This document shows, piece after piece, positions 23,899-35,499 of a DNA stretch of 64,000 nt. This DNA is from Gracilinanus agilis (taxonomy: Eukaryota). The stretch spans positions 16,926,038 through 16,990,037 of the forward strand of contig NC_058134.1 in NCBI RefSeq assembly GCF_016433145.1, written 5' to 3'. The notes beneath the pieces were generated by a model, which did not search any database, was not told where the DNA came from, and saw nothing but the letters and a program-made list of their open reading frames with translations. The position numbers and the translations under genes were made by a program. How positions within the stretch are numbered: position 1 is the first letter of the stretch; each line of letters starts with the position of its first letter.

Positions 23899-24506
23899 AA
23901 TTTTTGATGAATCTAAGTGCTTTTCCTAGAACATTTTTAAGTTCCACCTCCTCTGGAAGCTCAGCCTTTGTTTAGATAGGGACAACAGAAATGGAAATTT
24001 GGTGATTCCTGCCTTCATCTGATCATTGTAGATAAGTGAACGTAGGAGTGAAAAAAAAATCTAGCCCCAGTTTTATCTCTGGGCCTCCCCCAGCTTTCTT
24101 TTCATCAACCCTAGGACCGAGACAGAAAAAAACCAAAACTGCTCCCAAATGGGGTCCCAGCAAGGCAGTGAGGGGGCAGCTGCCCGACCCTGGCCAAGGC
24201 ACTTCACTGGTGTTTGCTGGCCACGGCAGTGAATTTGCCAAGAAAAGCCCACGGACAGACAGACGGACAGTGTGGTCCTCTGGGCCGCCTTGGATCACCA
24301 AGAAGCAGACCGGGGTCTGCTGTCATCGGAAGCAGCAAAGGCAGGAGTGACACCCTCGTGATCCATTGGCGTACTTAAGTCAGTGTAGGGAGACCGCAGG
24401 GCTAGCAAAGCCTTCCCTGTGCTTTCCTCTCCCTGTTTAGTTCTGCTCTCATCTCGCCGTCATGCTTGTCTGAGACCTAGCTCCATCTCTGCTTCTACCT
24501 CTGGAT

Positions 24507-24578
24507 CTATTTCTGTCTGTCTGTCTCTCTGTCTCTCTGTCTCTCTGTCTCTCTGTCTCTGACTGTCTGTCTCTCTCT
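24507..24578. repeat. (TCTCTG)n/(TCTG)n microsatellite
   Basis: Directly visible. Confidence 0.9.
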
Positions 24579-26234
24579 GTTTAGGGGTATAGATACATGG
24601 ACATGTGGATGTATTAGAAGGCAGCACAATTGGAACCAAGGAGACCTGAATTCAAATCCAGCCTCACACACCAGCTGTGTGACCTTGGGTTCTCTCACTT
24701 TCTCATCTGTAAATGGGTGTGATGATAACATTTCCTTGGAGGGGCTCTTGTGAGGATCAGATGCGAGAGCGTTTGTAAAGGGCTGGCTGAACTTTTCACT
24801 ATAGAAAGGCTTGTTGTTATTTCTAGCCTTTTCCCTCTTCCTTTCCTTGTTACACCCCGGGATCTAGCCAAGAGGACTAATTGCTCTTCCTTGCACACGC
24901 CTCCTGGTTCACCACCTCTGCGCCTTTGTCCATGGTGTGCCCTCTGCCTGGCATGTCCTCACTACCAACCTCTCCCTCTGCCACCTCTGCCAGACCGCCT
25001 AGAGCTCATTAATTTGTACTTAGTTGCATGTTGTCTTCCTTATTAGCTGGGGAGCTCCTTATTTTTTTGCCCTTCTGCATATCCCAGTGCTTAGCACATT
25101 GCCTGGCACATAGTAGGTGCTTAATAAATATTTATTCTTTATTTCTGATAGATCGCTGTTCCTTCAGAGTAGGGAAGGGGAAAGGATTAAGCATTTATTA
25201 ATAATCATAAGCGCTCTGTAAATATTATTTTGTTTGGTCCTCACAACAACCTTGAGAGAAAATTGCCCTTAATTGTTCCCGTTTTACTGTTGAGTAAAGT
25301 TATTAGTTATGAAGTTGAAAGAGAGAAGAAAGAAAGAAGAGAAAAGTTAGTCGTTATGAACCTTGTCCAGAGTCACACAACTAGTAAGTGTTTGAGGCTA
25401 GATTTGAACTCGGGGCTCTTGGATTCCAGGTCCAGTGCCTCATTTTACAGATGGAGAAACTGAGGCTCAAACAGACTAACAGCTAGTGAGATGACAAGAT
25501 GAAGAGAGAATTAGTAAAAAGAAAAAGTCAGGATTCCAACTCGGGTCCCCTGACTCAAACCCACTGCTTGTTCCACTCCACCAGGCTGTTCTGCTGACTT
25601 CCCCAGGTAGCTTTGCCAAAAGTCACCAGGAAAAGTCAGAATTACTTGTTAGAAATACTTGTTGGCTGGGACTTCTTTGATGTGGGTCCTCCCTTCACTT
25701 ATGCAGATTGCAGCCCTTCTAGTACCTCAGGAAGGACCAGAGGCTGGCTGTGGTCCTTGGCCTCGTCCGGGGCAGCTGACCTCGCAGGGATCTCGCTTAG
25801 CCTTTGCCCATTTGTGAAGCTCGTCCCACCCAGAAGCACCCCCCTGGCCTTGGGCTCTGATGAGCCGGGCTGAAGGGTTTGTAGGTGGCTGGTTGGAGTT
25901 TGGGGGACAACATGGCTGACTTGGAGAACGCTGGAAATTCTTAAAGTTTTTCTGTTTTGGAAAAATGAATTCTGTTGCTACTCCATTGGAGTTATCGCCA
26001 ATTAAAATGTAAAACAATTACATGGGAGAGAGGGGGGTGCTGGGACCTTGGATCCACCGAGACCCCAGTGTTTCTTGCAGCCCTCCCCTTTCCCCAGAGG
26101 GACCCTGACCCACTGGATCTCGTGCTCAGCCTCCGGCCAGGAGATCAACGGCTGAGAACAGTCAGCCTCTCTCTCCGTCTGCTTCTCTCCATCAAGGCCC
26201 TGTTGGCCTTTGTAAAGTTTGGTTACTTAGTGAT

Positions 26235-26970
26235 ACGATTCTGGAGTAGAGGAAGCCCGGGATAGGGTTCTGGGGTAAGTGGAAGAACTCCATAGGGTTC
26301 TAGAGCCAGAAAAGACCTTGTAGGGTTCTGGAGTGGGGGTGCATGCGTTGTGGAGTTCTAGAGTGGGGATGTGCTTTACAGGATTCCAGAGCATGAAAGT
26401 CCTTTACAGGGCTCTAGAGTGAGATCATCGGTGCCCGGTTCTAGCGTGAGGGAGGCTACTTTATGGGGTTCCAGAGTAGGGAAGTGCTTCATAGGATTCC
26501 AGAGGGTGAAAGTACTTTATAGCATTCTAGAGTGAAGGGAAGTCCTTGGCAGGGTTCTAGGAGAAAGAGGGAAGAAATGCTTTCTAGGCTTCCAGAATAG
26601 GAAAGTACTTTATAGGTGTTGAGAGGAAGGGAAGCCCTTGGCAGGATTCTAGAGTGAAGGGGGCTCCTTTATGGGGTTTCAGAGTAGGGAAGTGCTTCAT
26701 AGGATTCCAGAGCACAAATGCACTTTACAGGGTTCTTGAGCGAGGAGAAGGTCATTGTATCACTCTAGAATGAAGAGTGCTATGTTATGGGGTTCTAGAG
26801 TGAGGGGAAGCCCTTGGCAGGGTTCTAGGAGGATGAGGGAAGAAATTCTTTCTAGGCTTCCAGAATAGGAAAGTACTTCATAGGGTTCTAGAGCGAGGGG
26901 AAGCCCTTGGCAGGGTTCTAGAGCGAGGGAGGGTTCTGGGAAGGAGATACTGTATACGATTCTAGAGTGG
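26235..26970. repeat. Diverged ~28-30 bp tandem array (about 25 units), core RGGNTTCYAGAG
   Basis: Core recurs at a regular period, for example near 26297, 26325, 26355, 26383, 26411, 26791, 26883 and 26913. Confidence 0.9.
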
Positions 26971-27292
26971 GGAGCCTTGCTTTATATGTTCGGGCTTAGC
27001 CGGGTGCCTGCCCCGTAGTAGGCGCTCTTTTCTTTCTTTCTCCCCAGTGCCTTCCTCTTCCCTCCGCAGTCTTCGTGCCTCCCCTGCGCTCTCCGTCCCC
27101 AGGCAAGCCTGTAAAGGTCTGGTTTGCTCCAGGCACTGCCGTGTCCCCTGTGCCAAGGGGAGCTCCTTGAGGCAGGGGCAGCTTTTCGCCTCTGCCCCTC
27201 CTGTGCCAGGGGTCTGCTAGTCACGCCTCCCCTGAGAGGCGAGTGTGAGTCCACCGGCCGCGCTGAGGCCATTTTCCGTTTCTCCTCCCCAG

Positions 27293-27393
27293 ACCAACAG
27301 CATGTGCTTCACCATGAAGACGTCCTGTGTGAGGAGACGGTTTCGGGAATTCGTGTGGCTCAGAGAGCGGCTTCAGAGCAACGCGCTGCTGAT
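27293..27393 (+). CDS. SNX10: SNX10 coding exon 3 ([33 protein letters not shown])
   Basis: tctcctccccAG acceptor, 101 nt, donor GTGAGT at 27394. Contains the PX-domain RR(Y/F) motif. Confidence 0.97.
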
Positions 27394-28755
27394 GTGAGTG
27401 TCCGAGGACTCGGCCGGTCCTTGGAGCCTCCTCCCCCCTTTCCTTCTGTCTCAGAACCAACGGGCAGAGGAGCACGAAGGGTTGGGCAATGGGATTAGGT
27501 GACTTGCCCAGGGTCACACAGCTAGGAAGTGTCTGAGGCCAAACTTGAACCCAGGACTCCTGACCCTGGGCCTGGCTCTCCATCCATTTAGATACCCAGC
27601 TGCCCCCCGACCCCTCTTCATCCCAGGGCCTTCTCTCGGTGACTTCTTTCCTTGATAGTCCGAATGAAGCTCACTTTGTATATGTTGTTTCCAGGTTGTC
27701 TCCCCCATTAGATTGCAAGCTCCTTGCAGGCAGGAACTGGCTTTTGCCTTTTCAGTATCTCCAGCACTTAGCACGCTGCCCAGCCCATAGTAGGTTCCTT
27801 GTTCATATTGATTAATCAATCCATATTCATCAGCCTCTCCCACTTTTATATAGTCTTTTTCTTAAAACCTTTGCCTTCTGTCCTAGTATCAATTCTAAGA
27901 CTGAGGAGTGGCAAGGACTAGGCAGTTGGGGTTAAGCGTCTTGCCAGGAAGTATCTGAGGTAGAATTTGAACCCAGGTCCTCCCATCTCCAGGCGTGGGG
28001 CCAGTCTATCCTCTGTGCCTCCTCGTGCCCCCCCTCTAATATATTCTCTGTAAAGTTACCTTTGCAAGGAGAGTTCTTGCCCAGCGAGCGCCTGCTCCCT
28101 CCGCCTGTGGAATAAAGCCCCAACTCAGCAGCTTGGCATTCGGAGCCCTCATCATCTGGCTTCAGCTACCTTTTCCAACATTGCTCACCTTTCTGCTGAG
28201 GGGAGCCCACTAGATGCTCCCAGAATTCCAAGGGCATTCTTTGTGCAGGGCCATCCTCCAGGCGTGGACTGTCCTTTCCTCTCAGGGGCCATCCTTGCTT
28301 CCTCAGAGCTGTCCTGGCACCACCTCCGCAGGGCAGCCTTTCCTGACTCTCCGTCTCTGTTTCCTTCTTTTCTCCTCCTGGGTCTCTCCCGACTCCCGAG
28401 CCTCGAAGGCAGGGACTGGCTGCCCCTTTGTCTTGGCATCCCAAGCCTTTGGCACACAGTAGGTCCTCCCCATCGCTGCTTGGCTGGCTGAACTGAATTC
28501 AAGGTTTCCCTTGAAATACCGAGTCGGAATCCCGAGTGGGGGTCGTAGCTTTAGCTGGCAGGTTGCAGGAGGATCTTCTGGACTTTTCCAGCTTCTGTTT
28601 CTCCCTGGCAGGGAAGAGGAGGATGAAAAGCTGGGATTCCTCTTCCCTGCCTCCCCCCAATCCCGCCAGGCGGGGCAGAACCCGCTGAGGACTCGGTCAG
28701 TCACTCGTGCTCCCCAGTAAGGCTTGGCTCCTTTTCCCTCTTTCTGTCCCCCCAG

Positions 28756-28854
28756 ACAAGTGCCTGAACTGCCTTCCAAAAACCTGTTCTTCAACATCAA
28801 TAACCGAGAGCACGTGGACCAGCGGCGGCAAGGGCTGGAGGAATTTCTGAGGAA
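28756..28854 (+). CDS. SNX10: SNX10 coding exon 4 ([I]QVPELPSKNLFFNINNREHVDQRRQGLEEFLR[K])
   Basis: ttctgtccccccAG acceptor, 99 nt, donor GTAAGT at 28855. Phase 2 matches exon 3. Contains the PELPSK proline loop and the RRQGLEEFL helix of the PX domain. Confidence 0.97.
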
Positions 28855-29899
28855 GTAAGTGGCCGGGGGTCTTGGGGATGGTGTCTAAGGTGGGGGGGGG
28901 AACCTCTCCCGACTGTCCCTTGTGGCCAGGGCCTCTCGCTTGCTCTGGGTGTGCCTCCCCCCCTGGAGCCCAGTGCTTGGCACATCGTGTGCTCAATGAA
29001 TGTTTCCTGTGCAGGTGAGCCGAAAGTCTCAAGCCCAGCTCACAGGTAGGGACAGCCAGGTGGTTTGGTGAATGACTAGAGCCCCAGGCCTGGAGTCAGA
29101 AGGAGCTGGGTTCAAATTTGGCCTCGGACACTTCCTAACTGTGACTGGACAAATCACTTCACTCATCTGCCAGTTTCCCCAACTATAAAATGGAGAGGAA
29201 TAATAGTACCTCTAGGGGCAGCAAGCCAGGTGGCTCAGTGGATAGAGTTAGGTCTAGAGCCAGGTGAATCTGGGTTCAAATCTGACCTCAAACACTTCCT
29301 AGCTGTGAGACCCTGGGCAAGTCAATTAACCTCAATTGCTTAGTCCCTACTGCTCTTCTGTCTTAGAAGTGATACTANNNNNNNNNNNNNNNNNNNNNNN
29401 NNNNNNNNNNNNNNNNNNNNNNNNNNNNNNNNNNNNNNNNNNNNNNNNNNNNNNNNNNNNNNNNNNNNNNNNNNNNNNNNNNNNNNNNNNNNNNNNNNNN
29501 NNNNNNNAACCTATCAAGAACTTTACCAAGAAATCCTCTGAAGTCTCCAAGGACACAAGCCAGAAATTAGGGGCAGGCAGGCAGATTTAGAGCTGGAAGG
29601 GATGGGGAAACTGAGGCCATCTCAGGTTAAGCAGCAAACAGATAGTGTCCCAGTTGGGGGTTGAATGCAGCCTGGCCCCCACAGCTCCCCAAACTAAGGT
29701 CCTTGATGGCCCAGCTGCCTGTCTTTGCCTCAGCAGCCTCAGTGCCTACAGGGGGCCCGGGACGTTTTGGGGATTCATAAACTTTGATTGGATTAAGGAT
29801 GGTTTTACTGCAGGTCCCCTCCCTCGAGGGCCAGGCGGTGGCCTCCTTCTGGTCACGTGGGGGTTCCTGTTCTGGTTCTGGTTCTGAGTTTTTCCCAGC

Positions 29900-30700
29900 G
29901 CCTCTGCTGAACCTAGAGGAGGTCTATTCATCCCCTGTATTAGAGCGCCACCTTGTGGAATTGCAGGCGCACAACACCTGGGGGCGCTGTGGGTGTCTTT
30001 TTTTCCTCTCAGACACTGTCATGGAAACAGCCGGGTCACGTGCTTCCGCAGTGCCGGTCCAGCCGGCCTTGCTCTAGCAGGCCTTGGGTATGGCGGCGGC
30101 AGCGATCCCAAACTGCCCCCAGCGGGGAGTCCTTCGGGGCCACGGAGCTGCCTGGGCATTTGCGGGATGGAGCCCAGCGGCCCCAGGCGCCGGGGCCCGG
30201 GATTAATGCCCGCTTTGGCCCAAGAGCAGCCACGGGGTGGCAGAGGCAGGCTTTGAACCCCTGGTCTTCCATCTCAGGGGCCAGCCCCGAACCCTGGCTC
30301 CTTTTCTAGGGGGGACCCCCTACTCTCCCCCACACCCTCAAATCCTTCTATTAAATGTGCCAGCGATCCCGGGGTGCGCGGCGCCTGGGGGTGCTGGTCC
30401 TGGTCACCAGCGGGTTTTTTCCGAGCTGGAAAGGGCCCCCGGCGACCCCGCTTCTGGCCCCGGGCGGTGCCCCCCCTCCCTTCTGCTTCTGGCCCCATCC
30501 GCTCTCCGGCCGCCCTTTAAAGGAGGAATCCCGAAAACTCAACTGAGAGATGAAGAGAGAAGCAGGGCCGAGCCAGTGAGCAGGCTGAGCCCTGGCAAGC
30601 CTGGGGCGGAGAAAAGATCCCGGAGCTGCCCCAGGCCTCCCCCTTCCCCCATTTCAGAGGCCCCTCCCTCAGGCAGTGTAGGGCCCACCTACCCCATCTG
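29900..30700. promoter_or_regulatory. CpG island in the intron after SNX10 coding exon 4, with CTCF-like motifs
   Basis: CpG-dense. CCACAAGGTGGCGC on the minus strand at 29945-29958 and ACACCTGGGGGCGC on the plus strand at 29974-29987. Confidence 0.7.
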
Positions 30701-32690
30701 CTGCCTAGATGGGCTGTTTCCCCTGAAGCCTTCCCGCCCACCCCTGGCCCCGTTTGAGGCTGGGGGCTTCAGCTGTAATCTTCTGGAGGACCAGAGGCTG
30801 CCTCCCTGGCCTTGCCTTTCTCCAGGGACTGCCCGAGGCTTAGGTGGCGCCCCCTAATGGGAAGAGGGTCATGGCTACTTCTCCTTGGTCCATCTGTTAG
30901 AGTCTGTCTGGGTACTGCGCCCAGACCTCGCCACGTACTTCCATGTTCTTGGGCTCAGGGATCGCACCGTGGTTGCCCAGTCTTATTGCAGGGCAGAGCA
31001 GCCTGGGAGTCAGAGGATCTGGAATCGAACTCTGCCCTCAGATGCTTCTGGTTCCTTGGGTGACCTTGGTAAAGTCCCTTGAACTTCCGGTTCCTCGTAC
31101 TAGACAGCCTTAAAGACCCCTGGATTTCTGAGTCATTTGAATTTTTATGGAGAAGTAGCATTAGAGGAGATACTGTGTGTCCCTGGGCAAGTCACTTAAC
31201 TTTCTGAGCTTCAGGCAATTCCCCAGGATGAGAAATGACTGACTCTTCTTTGGCCTTCAGCCTCAGGGAAGGGAATGGTCCCAGAGGGACATGCCCCCAT
31301 CAGGGAAATGACAAAACTCCATTCAGTTGTTTTCAAGTCAACAAACATTAAGCTCCTTCTTGAAATGACCCCATTTCAGAGCTGGTGCTGACTGGCTTGT
31401 ACAGATGAGTGAGCTACAGTTTACACGGTTCAGATACTTTTTGTCATTTGAGGCTCACATCACCCCATTAGGTAGGGTTTCTGGACAAGATGACTCCCAT
31501 TTCACAGATGAGGAAACTGAGGTTCCCCTGAAGGAATTTGAAGTGACTTTCCCACAGTCCTACTGCAGGAAGTGCCAGAATTCTAAGTTTAACTCTTTTT
31601 GCTCCAGCCTCCTCCTGCCAAATAAGTCTTTATAAAGCGATGGGCCAGCAGTGGATAGAGCACTGGGCCTGGAATCAGGAAGATCTGAGTTCAAATCCAG
31701 CTTTAGATACTAGCTGTGCAGCCCACACAGCCTCTGCCTCAGTTTCCTCATCTGTAAAACAAGACAGAGAAGGAAATGGCAAGCCATTCCAGCATCTTTG
31801 GCAAGAAAAGCCCTAAAAGAGTCAACAGGAGTTGACCACAACTGAAAATGACTGAATTAATATAGTTTTATTTTAAAAATATTTTTCCATGGTTCCATGA
31901 TTCATGTTCTCTCCCTCCCCTCTTCCCTACCCCCTCCCAGAGCTGACAAGCAATTCCATGGGATTATACATTTTTTAATTTTAATTTTAATATTTTATTT
32001 TAAAAATATTTTGAAAATGACTAAGTTAAGAACTTTAGAAGACACAAAACACTACTAGCACAATGACCTCCTGATGAAAGGGTGGAATATTGAAAATATG
32101 ATGACATTCTTAACTTCCTGAATAGCTTTTGCATTATGATAGTGCCATTATTTCAAAACCTGTTGAGATCATTCTGACAGAAGAAAAGGGGCATTCCCTA
32201 GGTTTGAATTCTCCTGACTGGGGAAGCCAATTGCAAATCTCAGTTTCCTCATCTGTAAAATGGGGACGATTATGCCCATCCAGGAGCTGAGTCCCAAGAT
32301 TTTGGCAAACCTTCAAATACCATCTGAATAGCAGTGGTTGTCATTATTCCTATGTTTCTTCATAATGATTAGTCACTGAGTTTGCATTTTTTCAGTAAAA
32401 ATGATTGTCCTCCACGTGTCTAACTGGTGCAGGATGGCACGGTTTTTGTTTCTTCTGGTGATTAAATGTGAAAAAGATTTTGCTTTGTCATTTCTGCGAT
32501 GAGAAAGTTACAGAATGCATCAGCAAGAAATCTGCCCCGGTGGCCTCAGGTAACTTGCTTTTTTTGTTCCTAGTAGTCCTAATAGTCTGCATTGATGTAT
32601 AGTATAGGGTTTTAATGTTTCATCAAGCCCTTTTTAAGCCTGATCTACTAGCTGATATTGGCAGATAGTTCCTTAAGGGTGTCTTTAGCA

Positions 32691-32869
32691 ATTCTGACCA
32701 CGTTTGCTTGCTTTCTTGCATGGTTGCCTGTAAATGGACAGCGAATCTGTTGCTTTTTAGACGGCATAAGTCCAGTGGTTAATCTTCCTTTCTGTCCAAA
32801 AAGGCATCTATGATTGGGCCAGGTTCTAAGAGACTCTGGAAACCATGAGTCAATGTGAGAACAGACTGG
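32691..32869 (+). promoter_or_regulatory. Duplicated intronic module, copy 1 (NFAT:AP-1 composite at 32837-32852)
   Basis: About 85% identical by hand count to 33434-33610; contains TGGAAACCATGAGTCA. Confidence 0.7.
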
Positions 32870-33433
32870 TGTAGCTGAGTGATATGGGAATGAAGTGCTA
32901 GTGTTTTCCCTTTTTAGCAGATGAGGAAACTGAGGCAGAGGTGAAATGAGTTGCCTAGGTCACACTGCTAGTGTCTGAGGCTGGATTTGAATTCCGCTCT
33001 CCCTGACTCCAGATCTAGTGTTCTCTCTATCCACTGTCCCACCTCACTGCCTAATTTGGATGTCTGATATCATTTGGGAGGTGCAATTCTTATTAGCTCT
33101 GCTTTATAGATGAGGGAGTGGCAAAGAGAAACAGGGAGGGTTGAATTCAGAAATGGGCATCTGCCGCCAACCTTGCCTACCCTTAACATCTGTCGTTTTT
33201 TTCCCCTGTCAGAGTTTTGTTTGGTTTCTGTGGGTGAAGAGGCATATTATCCCTTTGAAACTAGTAGGGCCCTTCCTTACTTGTTGAATCCAGGCCCCCC
33301 ACTCGTGAACATTGGCAGCCCTGCCCAGCTCACCTCTTTGATTCAGAAGGCCCCCATAAAGCTTTTTCCCCTTTCCTAGCAGAAGTCTGTTCAATAGAGG
33401 GCACCAGAGCACAGATCATGGATGTTGTTAGTG

Positions 33434-33610
33434 ATTCTGACCAAGTTTGCTTGTTTTCTCGCATGGTTGCCTGTAAACAGACAGTCAATTTGTTGTTTTT
33501 TAGACAGCCTAAATCCAGTGGTTAACCTTCCCCCATCCAAAAAGGCATTTATGATTGGGCCAGGCTCCAAGAGTCACTGGAAACCATGAGTCAATGTGCG
33601 AACAGATTGG
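33434..33610 (+). promoter_or_regulatory. Duplicated intronic module, copy 2 (NFAT:AP-1 composite at 33578-33593)
   Basis: Same TGGAAACCATGAGTCA block as copy 1. Confidence 0.7.
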
Positions 33611-35499
33611 CGCGGCCGAGTCGTGTTTTCCATTAGAATTGTGTGTATATAAAGCACCTAATAAAATCACAGTGAGGAAAACCAGATTTTGTTACTCGGA
33701 CTAGTTTAAGGGGGGAAATGTATTTTGTCTCTGTACGGCTTAAACTTGGGAAGCAAAAGGAATGGCCCACATTTGGGGGCCTGACATTTCCCAGTGTCCC
33801 TAACTCGCTCCCCGAAAGCCATTCGCAAGGATGATTTCTAATGCCCGTGAGACGTGGCTTCCTAAAGCTTCCTGGCTGAGACAAGGATTACTTTTGATTC
33901 CTTCTGTAAGAGGGCTGCCCCTTAGCATTCAGGTTTACATGGATTTGGTAAGCAGGTTTGTTTAGAGCAGCCATTGTTTGTTGAAAATCTCCATTCCGTT
34001 GGAGAATTTGTTTGAGACGTTGGACTTTTAGATGAGATTCATTTATGGTCCCTATTAAATGTGAAGTAGTTAAGAAAAAGCCTTCCGCTTTCCCAGGAGT
34101 CTGTTTGCCATCCAGCACTCTGCTCAGGGGTTCCCTGCTCAGGGAATATGTTACTCATGCCCATGGGTGGTGGTTCTCTGCCTCCTCATACCATCATGTA
34201 TGTGTTTCTGGGTTGTAGCCTCTTTCCACTCAGAAGAATGGGAGCGCGTGGAGGCAGAAACTTTCTCATTTTGTCTTTGTATCCTCAGCATCTGGCACCC
34301 AGCAACAATTGCAGCTTATACTTGTTGGTTGCTAGGTTGAATGCATTCTTTCTGCCCCCTCCCTCTACCCCACTCCTTTGGAGAATTTGTTTGAGACTTT
34401 GGTTATATATATATATATAAAAATAATTTGGAGTCCCCATTAAGTGTTTAGCATTTTAAAAACATATGATCAGTTTAAAAAACAAATCAAAACCCTCCCC
34501 TTCCATCTTAGGATCAATCCTGTGTATCTGCTCTAAGGCAGAAGAGTATTAAGGACTAGGCAATGGGGGTGAAGTGACTTGCCCAGGGTCACCCAGCTAG
34601 GAAGGGTCTGAGGCCACATTTGAACCCAGGACCTCCAATCTCTGGCCCTGGTTCTCAATCCATTGAGTCACCCAGCTGCCCCCCATATTAGATTTTCTGA
34701 GGGTTCCCAATGTTATCCATTACTAGGTCACTTCCTATAGGACAACTTTATTCATCCCCATTGGTTAGTACCCTGTCTCTTCAACTGACCCTATGTTTAC
34801 AGCTCTGTTTTTGTGTGGTAGCCCTCTCTTCCACCCAGAATCATGTCAGCTTCCTGAAGGCAGGCAGTTTTTCTTTCTGGCTTTGTATCCTCAGTGCCTA
34901 ACACCCATGAATGATCCTGTTCCTTGGTTGATATTCTAACCCTTAGCCCTATCCCAGAAGAATGTTACTTCCTTGAAGTCAGGCAGTTTTTTTTTTATCG
35001 TTTTATAGCTCTAGAACTGTGATCTTGGTCACATTATAGATGGGGAAACTGAGGCAGGAAGGGAAGTGTCTTGTCCAAGGTCCCACAGGTAGTGACAGAG
35101 GTAGGATTTGAACTTCGACCCTCTGACTTCCAAAACCAGGACTCTTTCCACTGGATCACTTTGTCTTTGTATCCCCAGCACAATGGGTGGCACATAGGAA
35201 GTTCCTTCCTTGGATTGGATCCAGATTGCTTTATGGAAAGCTATGTGGCTGATATAAGATAGCAGGAGGAGAAAAATCAGAATCAAGCCTCTTAGGGGCT
35301 CTGCCTCTGCATGCACAAATTGAGGGAAGCCTGGCAGGCAGGACTGAGATGCACTGATGTCGCTGGACTCCTGGGCAATGCCCGGTTCCCTTTCTATGGT
35401 GATTCCTCTTGGGGATGACTTTTTTTTTTTTTCTTGAACTCACATAAAAGAAAGGAAGCCGATCTGTTTTTTTTTTTTTTTTTAATTTTAAATTTTACA

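Noticed and set aside
26235-26970. CRISPR array
   Set aside because: Eukaryotic intron with no cas genes. The linkers are related to each other and recur in blocks, and the core is degenerate.
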